The notes beneath the pieces were generated by a model. That model was given only the letters and a program-made list of their open reading frames with translations. It was not told the DNA's origin and did no database searches. Positions 51,642-62,168 of a stretch of 64,000 nt of DNA are shown here, piece after piece. Origin of the DNA: a virus (Duplodnaviria; Caudoviricetes); IMG/VR virus record IMGVR_UViG_3300033757_000347; one strand, 5' to 3'. The first letter of the stretch is position 1. The number at the start of each line of letters is the position of its first letter. A program made the translations under genes and the position numbers.

Positions 51642-52839
51642 CGAGTTTCTTCTTATTTTGAATGATGCTGAACCTTTTCTTTATTCCTGGAAAAGTTTGG
51701 TAAGGAACTCCGAGTTTTTCTGACACTGCTTTGCACATCGCTAACTCGTCAGCTCGGTGAGTATCGTCAAAGATCATAGTCACGTCGGTGTTGAATAGGT
51801 CCAAATTTTCAACAAAACCTGTGCGGTTTCCCTCTCCGATCCATGGACCGTCTACCAATATCACGTCGTAAGTTAAACCAGGTAGAGACTTTTCGAGAAC
51901 AGATCGATCGTACCATTCTCCTTTTAACGGAGCGTATATGTACTTCGATTTATCGGTTAAGTTCATCCACTCTGGATCGTTCTCTACGCTTATCATCTTG
52001 TACCTCTTGGCCAGATCGATAGTACCGTAACCGCTGCCTAACTCTAAAATAGTGGAGCCCGGCAGAATGTTACGAAATACCCAACCGTAAAGCTTAGAAT
52101 CGATAGCAAACCCAGGAGTCTTTTTTATGCCGTATTCCAGAAGCTTTCTATTTATCAGCGTTTTTGGAATTGCTACACCGCGTACCCGGTTTGAAATATT
52201 TTCGCCGTGAATGATCTGTAGAACCTCCAAGCTAGAAACCTTTGTCCCCATCATCTTTTCTTTTATCCTACCGTGACCAGAGTAAATACCGATCCCTGGA
52301 GAATCTGTAAGAATAGAAGTAAACGGAGACGTTCTGTCCCCGTACTTGGCAGTTGTAAAAACATTGGTCACTGGATCGTACATGTTGTAATGATCAATGT
52401 CAAAATAAAAATTTGAAGGTTCGTCAGCTTTACCTAAGTACTCATTTGCTTTCTTCTGAAGAGAATCGACAAAATCACGAGAATAACAGTCGTCTCTATC
52501 TAACCTAGAAAGCAGGTAAATTCGCTCTTCAACGTTTTTGGTTATGAATTTTTCTATCGCTGAACCAAGTTCAGAAACTTGACCGATTCTAATGATGTGC
52601 TCGTTTGGAAGAACCGGCCCAACGTCAACCACGCTCTCGTCGACGATAGTCAGCAGAATAAAATTCTTGTTACTCTGGTTCTTTAAAGAAGGTCGACAGT
52701 ACGTGTCGTACAGTCGTATGCTGTTTTTTAGCCATTCTTCCCATGTTAGACCCAACTTAGATTTGCAGATGAGCTCTCCGTTTTCGTCGTACCATTTCAT
52801 GGCTACTCTAGAAATGATGATGTGCTTGTATTTTTTCAT
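51607..52839 (-). CDS. Putative rhamnosyltransferase-like domain fused to class I SAM methyltransferase
   Basis: CRPSLKNQS, RLDRDD N-domain; ILELGSGYGT, ILVDGP, IFDDTHR C-domain. Confidence 0.7.
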   Translation of the reverse strand: MKKYKHIIISRVAMKWYDENGELICKSKLGLTWEEWLKNSIRLYDTYCRPSLKNQSNKNFILLTIVDESVVDVGPVLPNEHIIRIGQVSELGSAIEKFITKNVEERIYLLSRLDRDDCYSRDFVDSLQKKANEYLGKADEPSNFYFDIDHYNMYDPVTNVFTTAKYGDRTSPFTSILTDSPGIGIYSGHGRIKEKMMGTKVSSLEVLQIIHGENISNRVRGVAIPKTLINRKLLEYGIKKTPGFAIDSKLYGWVFRNILPGSTILELGSGYGTIDLAKRYKMISVENDPEWMNLTDKSKYIYAPLKGEWYDRSVLEKSLPGLTYDVILVDGPWIGEGNRTGFVENLDLFNTDVTMIFDDTHRADELAMCKAVSEKLGVPYQTFPGIKKRFSIIQNKKKLDEASDSNANVL

Positions 52840-54299
52840 TCGTCTATTTTTTCGTATTTTCCAGTTATCCTAGGAATAAAAACCTCCTCCGGTCGGTAGT
52901 GCGGTTTTATCATTTTTTTGTAGCTTTTGCGAAGATCCGATTCGAAACCGGTGCTTGGATTAAGCGTTAAGCTCTGCTGGTGAAGTCTCCTGTAAAAAAC
53001 GGAGTCCTTTAGCACTGAAACCGAAACTAATCCGCTGACTCTTTGAATGAATTCTGTGTCTGCTCCGCACTTCCATGCTTGGTACCCTCCAGCAATTTCA
53101 TCTATTACTTTCCTTTTTATGCACATGATTCCGTGAGCAACGTTCACCTTGGCTTCAACCGCTCCGCCAGTTCGAAAATTATTGTAAGAAAGTCTAAGAA
53201 CATCACTGTGCAGATTGTCAGCCACTTGCTTTACTAAAAATTCGCGCATGACATCATCTGAGTCAAACCTAATTATGTAATCTTTAGTTGCTTGAGAGAT
53301 CAGAGTGTTCGTCGTGATGTACGTGCCGGAATTTTCAAGCATCATGTACACAGATAAGTTTCGATACTTTTTCCTTATTTCTAAAAGCTTGTCTAGCGTT
53401 TCCTGACACCCATCAACCCCGACGAGAACTTCGAAATCATCGTATCCTTTGAAATACGATTGACTTTCTATGGAATCCAAACACTCCTCAATGTAATCAG
53501 CTGTCTTATATGCGGTTACAACTATGCTGAAAGTCTTTTTAATCGGATCTTCGGTAGTAGTAGTCGTCGTCGTTTGCGACGAAAATTCTGAAAATTTTGG
53601 GTATTTCTTTTTCTTCAGAGAGCTGAGAGTGATCAGGGTCTGTTTTCGACTGTAATCGTTGATCATAGTGTGAGCTCTTTTTGATGCGTGCTCTTCCATG
53701 TTGGTCGTGTCAATAGCTATGACGCTATCTGTCTGAAGAGCGGAAAGGTTGGAATCGTTAAGAAGTTTTCCGCTGACTATCTGTTTGGAACTAACGATCT
53801 TTGGAATCAAGAAATTGTTCTTTACAACGTACGAAAATTCAATCTCAGTTATCGAAGAAACGGAAGATCGCCTAACAGACGAAAAGGCTAAGTTAAACTG
53901 ATCGCCAGCCTTAACGTAGCACAGCTTGGTGGAAAGATTTCCCTGGTGTTGCCTAAAAAATAGACCGGCATTCTCCGGTAGAACGAATGTGCTGATTAAA
54001 AACATTCTAGGATCGACATAGAGACGATCGTGCTCGTGATAGGTCAGCAAAAATTCAACAAAGTAGGGATTTTCTTCGACTACGCTGGTTCCAGTAGGAG
54101 ATAAATGAACGTTAACTTCGACTAAAGAAGCGATAGCAAAGAATTTATCGACTAGCTCCAGCTCTCTATGGGGCATTCTCCCCCTAGTCATGATCACCAG
54201 TTCAAGATTTTCCCCTCCAAGCGCTGAAGCAATTGACCTGATTGACTTGGCAAAGAAATTTTTTGCCGAATCATCGTAATAAGTGAAAACCTTTAGCAT
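52836..54299 (-). CDS. Two-domain protein with C-terminal GT2
   Basis: SIVVTAYK..YIEECLDSI, RFDSDD, ADTEF; Thr-rich linker. Confidence 0.8.
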   Translation of the reverse strand: MLKVFTYYDDSAKNFFAKSIRSIASALGGENLELVIMTRGRMPHRELELVDKFFAIASLVEVNVHLSPTGTSVVEENPYFVEFLLTYHEHDRLYVDPRMFLISTFVLPENAGLFFRQHQGNLSTKLCYVKAGDQFNLAFSSVRRSSVSSITEIEFSYVVKNNFLIPKIVSSKQIVSGKLLNDSNLSALQTDSVIAIDTTNMEEHASKRAHTMINDYSRKQTLITLSSLKKKKYPKFSEFSSQTTTTTTTEDPIKKTFSIVVTAYKTADYIEECLDSIESQSYFKGYDDFEVLVGVDGCQETLDKLLEIRKKYRNLSVYMMLENSGTYITTNTLISQATKDYIIRFDSDDVMREFLVKQVADNLHSDVLRLSYNNFRTGGAVEAKVNVAHGIMCIKRKVIDEIAGGYQAWKCGADTEFIQRVSGLVSVSVLKDSVFYRRLHQQSLTLNPSTGFESDLRKSYKKMIKPHYRPEEVFIPRITGKYEKIDE

Positions 54300-54377
54300 T
54301 TACTGGCTTTTCTTTTATTTAATTCAAGTAAACTTGAAGCACATTTTTAGTAATATACTCGAAAAACAGAGATAGAT

Positions 54378-55289
54378 TTGGCCGAGGAAACTTATTATTC
54401 GATACTTGGGGTAAAAAAGGATGCCAGCCAGGACGAGATCAAGAAAGCGTTCAGAAAGCTTTCCAAAAAGTACCATCCTGACAAGAACCCGAAGGGTGAG
54501 GAGCAGTTCAAGAAGATCAACGAAGCGTACTCAGTCTTAAGCGATCCAAAAAAGAGACAGCTCTACGATACTACTGGTTCTGCCAAGGAAAGAGTGTCTC
54601 CGGTCGGAGACCCTTACTCTGACTATTTCAGCCAGTTCAGGAACGTTGCGTTCTCCATGATGAACCTTGAGTACCTGAACATTCACGTGGACCGGCACTT
54701 CAAGATTTCCGAGCTTATGAACGGCGTCGAAGACACGGTCACCTACTCTATCTCCAAAGCGAGCTTATCCGAATCAAAGGTCGAAGAAAAGACTATCAAG
54801 TATTCTGTCAACATGTCCGAACGAGGTTACCCGTTGGCCATGATAGGCAATAATATAGGAATAGTCGTGCGCGTCCGCGGGGGAGGTTCCAGCCAAGAGA
54901 TCGACGGGTTCGACGACGTTTTCAAGAGACGACACCATGGAGTAGCGACAGGCGATCTGTTCGTCAGGATCATCATAGACTTGGAGGGCTTGGAAATCAC
55001 CGAGACTTCCGATCTCGTTCAGACGGTCGACGTTTCCGTGTACGACGTCCTGTTCACCGAGGAGCTCGTCCTGGAGAACCCGTTCGGAAAAAAGTACAAG
55101 ATAAAGACTATCAATTCTCCAGCTCTTTCTAACATTCAAGTTAGAGTTCCGGAGCAGGGTCTCGTTTCCGCTATGGGAAAACGAGGGTCCTACATATTCA
55201 GGCTGAACGTCACCAGACCTGACATTTCCAAACTTAGCGAAGAAAAACTAGCCCTTCTTAAAGAATTACTTAGAGACCTTGATAAATAA
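54378..55289 (+). CDS. dnaJ: DnaJ-family co-chaperone
   Basis: [15 protein letters not shown]-domain; GDLFV C-domain; no Zn finger. Confidence 0.9.
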   Translation: MAEETYYSILGVKKDASQDEIKKAFRKLSKKYHPDKNPKGEEQFKKINEAYSVLSDPKKRQLYDTTGSAKERVSPVGDPYSDYFSQFRNVAFSMMNLEYLNIHVDRHFKISELMNGVEDTVTYSISKASLSESKVEEKTIKYSVNMSERGYPLAMIGNNIGIVVRVRGGGSSQEIDGFDDVFKRRHHGVATGDLFVRIIIDLEGLEITETSDLVQTVDVSVYDVLFTEELVLENPFGKKYKIKTINSPALSNIQVRVPEQGLVSAMGKRGSYIFRLNVTRPDISKLSEEKLALLKELLRDLDK

Positions 55290-55355
55290 AGTTAGCTGAG
55301 GGCCCGTATTTTGATACGAGGCTCGCTAATAAATATCAAAAAAGTCTCAACGAAG

Positions 55356-57338
55356 TTGACTAGTACACAGATCGGACTTAAAGACCCGGCACTTCTCCAG
55401 CAGGACGTAGTCCTCATTTTGGAGAGAGCGAACCAGCCTTTAGGTGTTTCTAAAAACGCCAACGGTGACATCATACTGGAAGGGACCTGCGCGGTCTTCG
55501 GAAAGATGAACGACAATCACCGAGTGTACGAAAAGCAAGAGTACCTTCCTCACCTGAGTTACCTCATGGAAAAGATCAAGAAGGGACAGCTTTTCGGCGA
55601 GTTAGACCATCCTCAAAGCTTCGACGTTTCTCTAAAGAACGTCTCCCACACAATCGAATCCCTAACTTACGACGAACCTTCTAACAGCGTTAAGATACGT
55701 TTGAGAGTTCTGGACACGCCAAGCGGTAGGATCGCTAAGACCCTAGTGGAAGCAGGGTGCACGATTTCCAGCTCCTCAAGAGCAGCTGGTCAAGTCCTGG
55801 AAAGTGGCAAAGTCAAGCTTCACAAGATATTCACGTACGACCTGGTGGCTGAACCAGGTTTCAACGAAGCTGCCCTATCACAGGTAGCTGAGAACCTGCA
55901 AGGAAATTACACAATGCTTTTCGAATCACTGAGCACCCTGAAGGCGAATTCCATCACAAATTCGCTAGTGGACATCTCAGAAAGCTTCGATTTCGAGAAT
56001 TCTGTGCGGGTTTACAAAATAAATAATCCAAACATTCAGACTCCACAAAATAACGAAAAGCAAATGGCTAATGACTTTGTAACAAAAGAGGAAATGAATC
56101 AGTACTCGCAGGTTGTTAAGAAAAGGTTTCAGACTCTTCAGGAAAAAATCAACCAGAACAACACTGATTTACTAGCTCTTGGTGAAAAGGCCGATCAGGA
56201 CCCAGTGACGGAGAAGCTCATTCAGTTCACCAACTACTTAGCTGGTGAAATGGAACAGATCGTCGAGTTTACCAACTACCTGGCCACCATGCTTAACAAG
56301 GGAATAGGTTACACCGAACACGTTGCCGAAAAGGTAAACAACGTGATCGATTACTCGGACTACTTGGCAGGCATGACGGAACAGAATATCGCCTTCTCAA
56401 ACTACTTGAGCGAAAAGCTGAACCAGGGTCTCAACTACACCGAGTACGTTGGCGAGATGACGGAAAAGAGCATCAAGTTCGGAAACTACCTGGCTGAACA
56501 GCTGGATAAAGGAATTCAGTACACCGAGTACGTTGCTGAAAAAGCATCGCAAGGTCTGAACTTCTCGAACTACTTGGCACAGAACATCAACGAAGCCATT
56601 AAGTACGCCGAGTACCTGGGCAGTAACATTAAGAAAGGTATCGCTTACAGTGAATACATTGCTGAAACGATGAACCAGAAGGTTGGAGCAGGAACAATGG
56701 CTAAGACTCGCAAGCTTCTATCAGATGTTGCTGCTCTCAACGAAAGTATCAACATCTCAGTTAACGAATCTTCCCCAGTCGATGATCTAGTCTCAGCAGT
56801 AGACGGAATACTTTCGAACATCAAATCAAACACTGCTAATGCAGTTCTTGAAAACAAGTACCCGTTCTTAAAACTCCTCACCGAGGAAAACAAAAAGAAA
56901 TTTTACGCGCTTGACCCGGAAATCAAAAAGGCAGTCGTTGAAACTCTACGTGGAGCGGTGTTCTTCAACGAAGGTGATGTCATTGGCATCATAGAAGCTG
57001 TCATGAACAAGCAGGAAGAAAATACACCGACCTACATTAGGTTCATGCCGGACAAGTACAAGGCTGTTTACGAACAGATGAACGACAACGAGAAAAATTG
57101 GATCGCTGCTCAAGCTTCTACCGTTCACATCAACACGCCTTACCAAGCTAAAGCGTTCTGGGATTCTCGTGATCTCAGAGGAATTCACGAAAGAATTGCA
57201 CAAAGTGCAAGTATAGATAACTCAGTTAACGAAAACCAAGGTAAAGAGGGTTACATCTCGTTACAAGCAGTAAACGAAAGCGTACGCGGATATTCTAACG
57301 CGTACATTGAGTCTCTCAAACGTAGAGCAAACTCATAA
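55356..57338 (+). CDS. Prohead protease (gp21) fused to core/scaffold region
   Basis: GELDHP, SSSSRAAG, TYDLVAEPGF; 14-aa repeats; TTG start inferred. Confidence 0.85.
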   Translation: MTSTQIGLKDPALLQQDVVLILERANQPLGVSKNANGDIILEGTCAVFGKMNDNHRVYEKQEYLPHLSYLMEKIKKGQLFGELDHPQSFDVSLKNVSHTIESLTYDEPSNSVKIRLRVLDTPSGRIAKTLVEAGCTISSSSRAAGQVLESGKVKLHKIFTYDLVAEPGFNEAALSQVAENLQGNYTMLFESLSTLKANSITNSLVDISESFDFENSVRVYKINNPNIQTPQNNEKQMANDFVTKEEMNQYSQVVKKRFQTLQEKINQNNTDLLALGEKADQDPVTEKLIQFTNYLAGEMEQIVEFTNYLATMLNKGIGYTEHVAEKVNNVIDYSDYLAGMTEQNIAFSNYLSEKLNQGLNYTEYVGEMTEKSIKFGNYLAEQLDKGIQYTEYVAEKASQGLNFSNYLAQNINEAIKYAEYLGSNIKKGIAYSEYIAETMNQKVGAGTMAKTRKLLSDVAALNESINISVNESSPVDDLVSAVDGILSNIKSNTANAVLENKYPFLKLLTEENKKKFYALDPEIKKAVVETLRGAVFFNEGDVIGIIEAVMNKQEENTPTYIRFMPDKYKAVYEQMNDNEKNWIAAQASTVHINTPYQAKAFWDSRDLRGIHERIAQSASIDNSVNENQGKEGYISLQAVNESVRGYSNAYIESLKRRANS

Positions 57339-57356
57339 AAAAAGCCTCAAAAAACA

Positions 57357-59063
57357 ATGGCATCAGTAAAAATGTTCAAAAGACTGAACGATGCTTCCCT
57401 AAAGGAAACTTGGGTACCTATTTTGGAAAGTTACGGCGCAGATGAGGCCACTCTAAAGTCTCGTCCTTGGTTGGTTGACGTTGCTCACTACCACGCAATT
57501 TTCGATAACGCTGGTTCTCCGGTTAACGAAGCAGTTGTTCCTGGTCTATTCTACCAGCAGCCGGGTTCTATCAGTGCAATGGGTTCCATTCACGCCCCGA
57601 CTAACGCGATGACTCCGTTCTCCGGTTTTGGAACTGGAACGGCAGCAAAAGGCAGCTACTCGAACTCAGGTTCAGGGGACAAGTTCCCGAGCTTACTTCC
57701 AGTTGCAATCCAGGTTGCAGCAAAGACGATCGGTTTCGACCTCGTCGGCGTTGTTCCTATGGACGCTCCTGTCGGATTCATTCCTTACCTCGACTACGTC
57801 TACCAGGGCGGTAACATCGACACCCAGTACGAACCTTTCGTCATCAAGATCGAAGGAATCGTTGGATCGACCGTTCTAACAGCAGGTGGTACTTTCTCAC
57901 AGCTCATCAGCGGTGACAACCTAACCGTTTCTGACGGTACAGGTAACCTTACCATCCAGTTCGTTGGATTCTCACGTGTTGACGGTGTTGCGATGTTCAA
58001 AGTTCTGTCAGACTACAGCGATGGAACCAAGAAGATCACGGACTTCATCAAGACCGGCGGTGTTCTAACTACCGTTACAATCGGTGGTGCAGCATCAGTA
58101 AAAACCTACACGCTGCTCGCAGCTAACGTACCTGGCCTCGCATCGGCTCTGGAAAACCACATTTCAGGTTTCACCACGACCAGCGATGACGACTACGCTA
58201 CTCAGCCGTGGAACGGACCATTCCTTGGAGCAAACGGAACTCAGTACGAAGGTATGAAGAGGGAAGTTGCGGAAGTTTCCAAGTTCCGCCAGATGGGTCT
58301 GAAGATGTTCACCAAGTTCGTCGAAGCAAAAGGCGACCAGGTGGCTATCTCAGCAACTGTTGAACAGATCCAGGACCTTAACCGGGTATGGAACTTCGAC
58401 GTTATCTCCATGCTGGAGAACGTTGCTGTCAACGAAGTTGCACAGTCCATCAACAAAAAGCTCGTCGACAGAGTATTCTCTCTCGGAGCTCTCCACACGA
58501 CCAACATCAACGCAATTGAAGGTGCTGGTATCACTACTCTCGACCTAACCGTTGGTTCAGGTTTCGAAAACATCTCAACGTTACAGCGTAGGGTCGTTAC
58601 CAAGATCCTCGAAATGGCTAACCTGATTTACCACAGGGGTCGTTTCGGAGCTGCTACCCACATCGTTACCAACGGTCGTGTAGCTTCCGCTCTCGCAGAC
58701 GTTGCAGGTTACACCTTCGCACCGTTCAACAACGACCTGCCGTCAGGACCTGGTCAGCTTTACCCAGCTGGTAAAGTTCACGGTCTGACTGTGTACGTCG
58801 ATCCTAACCTGAAATTCGGAGACAACCGTATCCACATCGGACGTAAGGGTGCTGACGAAGAACCTGGTGTAAAGTTCCTACCTTACATCATGGCAGAATC
58901 GCTGCAGACTATTTCCGAAGGTACCTTCTCACCGAAGATCGGTCTCAAATCGAGGTACGCTATCACGGAAGCAGGATGGCACCCGGAAACTCAGTACATC
59001 ACCCTGACCGTCGCTGGTCTTGGCGTTCTGACCGGATCCGTCGCTCCGTCGACTGGTTACTAA
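57357..59063 (+). CDS. Major capsid protein (T4 gp23-like)
   Basis: VGVVPM..P.G, TVEQIQDL, VYVDP, FLPYI, PKIGLKSRYA; PVNE putative maturation site. Confidence 0.9.
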   Translation: MASVKMFKRLNDASLKETWVPILESYGADEATLKSRPWLVDVAHYHAIFDNAGSPVNEAVVPGLFYQQPGSISAMGSIHAPTNAMTPFSGFGTGTAAKGSYSNSGSGDKFPSLLPVAIQVAAKTIGFDLVGVVPMDAPVGFIPYLDYVYQGGNIDTQYEPFVIKIEGIVGSTVLTAGGTFSQLISGDNLTVSDGTGNLTIQFVGFSRVDGVAMFKVLSDYSDGTKKITDFIKTGGVLTTVTIGGAASVKTYTLLAANVPGLASALENHISGFTTTSDDDYATQPWNGPFLGANGTQYEGMKREVAEVSKFRQMGLKMFTKFVEAKGDQVAISATVEQIQDLNRVWNFDVISMLENVAVNEVAQSINKKLVDRVFSLGALHTTNINAIEGAGITTLDLTVGSGFENISTLQRRVVTKILEMANLIYHRGRFGAATHIVTNGRVASALADVAGYTFAPFNNDLPSGPGQLYPAGKVHGLTVYVDPNLKFGDNRIHIGRKGADEEPGVKFLPYIMAESLQTISEGTFSPKIGLKSRYAITEAGWHPETQYITLTVAGLGVLTGSVAPSTGY

Positions 59064-59092
59064 GAACTAATAACACCTTAATTGGTGATACT

Positions 59093-59120
59093 AAAAGGGC
59101 TCCAAACGGAGCCCTTTTTT
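59093..59120 (+). terminator. Intrinsic terminator after MCP
   Basis: AAAAGGGCTCC-AAAC-GGAGCCCTTTTTT. Confidence 0.85.
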
Positions 59121-59174
59121 AGTTTTGTAATATTGGCACTGATAAATAACTTAGCGAGCGATCGCGGTAAAAAA

Positions 59175-59603
59175 ATGAAAAACGACATGACTAAGTCTGT
59201 TCTGAGCTACGACGAGTTTATCCTAGAAAAGAAGATGAACCAGGAACTGTCAAAGGGAGCTCCGGCTAAAGGAAACAAAATTACCAAGCAGGTTGACGAC
59301 GAAACGTCAGACCTTCCAGCAGGAAAGGGAAAAGCTACCCAGAAAACGGTGAAGCCTAACATGGCTGACATGCCTAAGGGTAAGGGAAAAACGATCTCAA
59401 AGAGCGTTAAACCTGGAACCACAACTCTTCTTACGAAGAAAGGTTCTGCCCCTAAGAAGATGGTCGAAACCAAGGCCGAGACCAAGCTGGTCATCAAGGG
59501 CAAGCCTATCAACAAGGAAGTAAAACCGGAAATGGCAAAGCTTCCTATCGGATCGGTAAAACCTAACCCAGCAGTTAAGAAGGCATCTCCTCTTAAAAAA
59601 TAA
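59175..59603 (+). CDS. Lys-rich putative DNA-condensing internal protein
   Basis: VLSYDEFILE motif; PxGKGK repeats; late promoter. Confidence 0.6.
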   Translation: MKNDMTKSVLSYDEFILEKKMNQELSKGAPAKGNKITKQVDDETSDLPAGKGKATQKTVKPNMADMPKGKGKTISKSVKPGTTTLLTKKGSAPKKMVETKAETKLVIKGKPINKEVKPEMAKLPIGSVKPNPAVKKASPLKK

Positions 59604-59614
59604 GCGAAGCTCTA

Positions 59615-60106
59615 ATGGGAAACAAGAACACGAAAGCTTACGCAACCTTCGAAGCGTTCGACAACAACGAAGCTAACGAACTTCGGCTGAACAACATCAT
59701 GGACGATCCTATCGAAGTTGTTTTTCGTGAAGGTCGCATGGGCTTGTCAAACGAGGACGATCCGGACACGGCTTACAGAAAAGGACTTGAAGACATGTAC
59801 CATTACATGCTCTCAAAAGTAGTTCCTGAAGTAGACGAGAACATCGTTACTGAGGAAAATTCTCTGAAAACGCTAGTAGGAAAGTCAGACGACGAAGAAC
59901 TCGACCTTGACGATGCTAGAACTATCGGAAAGAAGATCTCCAAGATGCACGGTGACGATAGGAAGAAATTCATCGGAATCGTTAACTTCATGGGAGCTTC
60001 CTGCCGAATCTACAACGAGATCTGGGCAAACTACAAGCCAGTTGACCCTACTAAGAAGAAATCCAACAAGGGAAAAGAGTTCCGCGGGGACAAAGAAATA
60101 GGTTAA
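59615..60106 (+). CDS. Putative virion protein
   Basis: ATFEAFDNNE motif. Confidence 0.6.
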   Translation: MGNKNTKAYATFEAFDNNEANELRLNNIMDDPIEVVFREGRMGLSNEDDPDTAYRKGLEDMYHYMLSKVVPEVDENIVTEENSLKTLVGKSDDEELDLDDARTIGKKISKMHGDDRKKFIGIVNFMGASCRIYNEIWANYKPVDPTKKKSNKGKEFRGDKEIG

Positions 60107-60127
60107 AAAATTAACTAAGCATAAAAC

Positions 60128-61084
60128 ATGAAACAACTAATACTGGGTTACTCTCAGTTCGTGAACGAGATGTACAACGCTAACGAGGAAGCAGCAAACC
60201 AGCCTGCAAAATCTGTTATCCCAGAAGGATTCATAACCCCGGAAAACATAACCGACGCAGAAGGAGGAAAAGCAAAACTTTCCGAGCTTCAGAGCAAGTA
60301 CGCGTTCAAAGCAGACGGAAATCCTATCGCTATCGACAGCAATGACCTTGTAAAATTTTACCATGGAGCTCCGGGACCGTTCGCTCAGGCAAAGCAGGAC
60401 GTAATGTCAACAATCAATACTGACATTCGTGCTTACGAAATTCAGAATGCTAAGACTGGCATCTACTACCGGATCCTTAAGGGAAGCGGTTTGGAAGACC
60501 CAGCAGCAACGGTTGACGTAGTCGGTGTCCTTGCTGGACCTAACCAAGCTGAAGAAACTCCTACTGCAACGGAAACTCCAGCAGCAGAACCTGCACCAGC
60601 GGCAGAACCGCCAGTAGCTCAGACTGAACCGGTAAAAGAAGCAAAAACTGACCTTTTAGCTACTTACACTCAGCAACCCTTAAAAAAGGAACAGGTTCAA
60701 GAAATCATGCAGCAGTTATTGGCTGAAGGTTTCGAAAAACCGGACGGCACGGTACTTACCCCAGCCGAATTACCTGACGGCCAGTGGTACTGGTCAAGGT
60801 TAGTTGGTCGGGACAGAAAAACCAACGCTATGCTAATCCAGAAATCGCTGGAAGCAAAAGCTAACAGCTTAGCTGCAAAGAATATGACTACTGTCATGTC
60901 AGTAGTTCTAGTTGCTCCGCTTAGCTCTGACGAAGTCGAAGGAGTCGGTTTCATTTGCATGAATGCTCCTGCCGAAGCTTCAGCCGGTAGCCCAACCGGA
61001 GTAAGAGGACTGGAACAGACAGAAACTCCAGCTACTGCTTCTACTCCAGTGTACGAAGCAAAGCGCTACATAAGAAACAAGTAA
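60128..61084 (+). CDS. Putative internal head protein
   Basis: LILGYSQFVNE N-terminus. Confidence 0.65.
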   Translation: MKQLILGYSQFVNEMYNANEEAANQPAKSVIPEGFITPENITDAEGGKAKLSELQSKYAFKADGNPIAIDSNDLVKFYHGAPGPFAQAKQDVMSTINTDIRAYEIQNAKTGIYYRILKGSGLEDPAATVDVVGVLAGPNQAEETPTATETPAAEPAPAAEPPVAQTEPVKEAKTDLLATYTQQPLKKEQVQEIMQQLLAEGFEKPDGTVLTPAELPDGQWYWSRLVGRDRKTNAMLIQKSLEAKANSLAAKNMTTVMSVVLVAPLSSDEVEGVGFICMNAPAEASAGSPTGVRGLEQTETPATASTPVYEAKRYIRNK

Positions 61085-61088
61085 CACT

Positions 61089-62123
61089 ATGATAGGCGAC
61101 GGTGTAATCGCTGAGTCCGTAATCAGCTTCGAAATAACCTGGAAGAATCCAGGAAATGGGGAGCAGCCAAAATGGGATCAGAACGATCAGAAGATCTATT
61201 ACCATCAGGCTGACATCTACCCGGACCTGCTGTTCACTAAGGCTCAGGGCATAGCCACTTACTACACGTACACGACTATCGACGCAATAATTCACCTCCT
61301 AAAGGAGATCGACGAAATCATCGATGCAAAACTTTCATCTGCAGAAGTTTCCGAAGAAGTAAAACAGCTTGGGCCTGCCACCTCCGTACAGAGAGTTGGC
61401 CCTACCGGTTTGCAGACAGTACCTCGAGGAGAGATCCAAAGAGTTGGCCAGACCGCTCTGCAGAGAGTTCAGCCAGGAAACACTCAGTTACAGACAGTTC
61501 AAAGAGGTCAAGTTCCGGCTACCGTTCAAAAAGGTCAAGTGCCAGCAACTATTCAGAAGGGCCAAGTTCCAGCTGTCATTCAAAAGCAAAGCATTTCGAG
61601 TGACCCTGAGGAACCCGTTAAGCAGGATGAAGTTACTAATGAACCTGAGCCTAAACAGGGCCAGGAAGCATCTGGTTCGTCCAGGGCTTACACGGTGATA
61701 GTCTACGGTAAGGAACTTAAATTGATAGACGCTCAGTTAACTAGCGCTAACATCAGAGTAAGGCACAGAATATCGGCCAACCTTTTCCGAAAGATAAACG
61801 AAGAGATCGTTGACAACACCAAGAACATCTGGTTAGAAGTTCACTTCGGTTTGGGAAGAGTTGTGAAGATGGAGATGAAAGAGTTCGAAACCAAAGACGG
61901 TGTAAACCTGTTAGTTCAAGTACTCCCAACGATCGACCTAATTTTAACTCCTGACAAGAACGCAGTAACTCCAAAATCCGAAGAAACCATAAACGTCGAA
62001 GATAAGATAAAAAACCTAAGACGGTTAAGGTACGAAAGGGAAGAGAATCGGTTCGAAAGATCCAGATCCGAAACCGAAAAAGGGTTAAAAAGAGCGGGTT
62101 CTTACTGGAAGAAGTCCGAGTGA
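61089..62123 (+). CDS. Hypothetical protein with 9-aa Gln-rich repeats
   Basis: VQRGQVPAT/VQKGQVPAT repeats. Confidence 0.65.
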   Translation: MIGDGVIAESVISFEITWKNPGNGEQPKWDQNDQKIYYHQADIYPDLLFTKAQGIATYYTYTTIDAIIHLLKEIDEIIDAKLSSAEVSEEVKQLGPATSVQRVGPTGLQTVPRGEIQRVGQTALQRVQPGNTQLQTVQRGQVPATVQKGQVPATIQKGQVPAVIQKQSISSDPEEPVKQDEVTNEPEPKQGQEASGSSRAYTVIVYGKELKLIDAQLTSANIRVRHRISANLFRKINEEIVDNTKNIWLEVHFGLGRVVKMEMKEFETKDGVNLLVQVLPTIDLILTPDKNAVTPKSEETINVEDKIKNLRRLRYEREENRFERSRSETEKGLKRAGSYWKKSE

Positions 62124-62168
62124 AAATCCTAGAGCTCACGAATAAATAAACAAAAAACACAAGACAAG

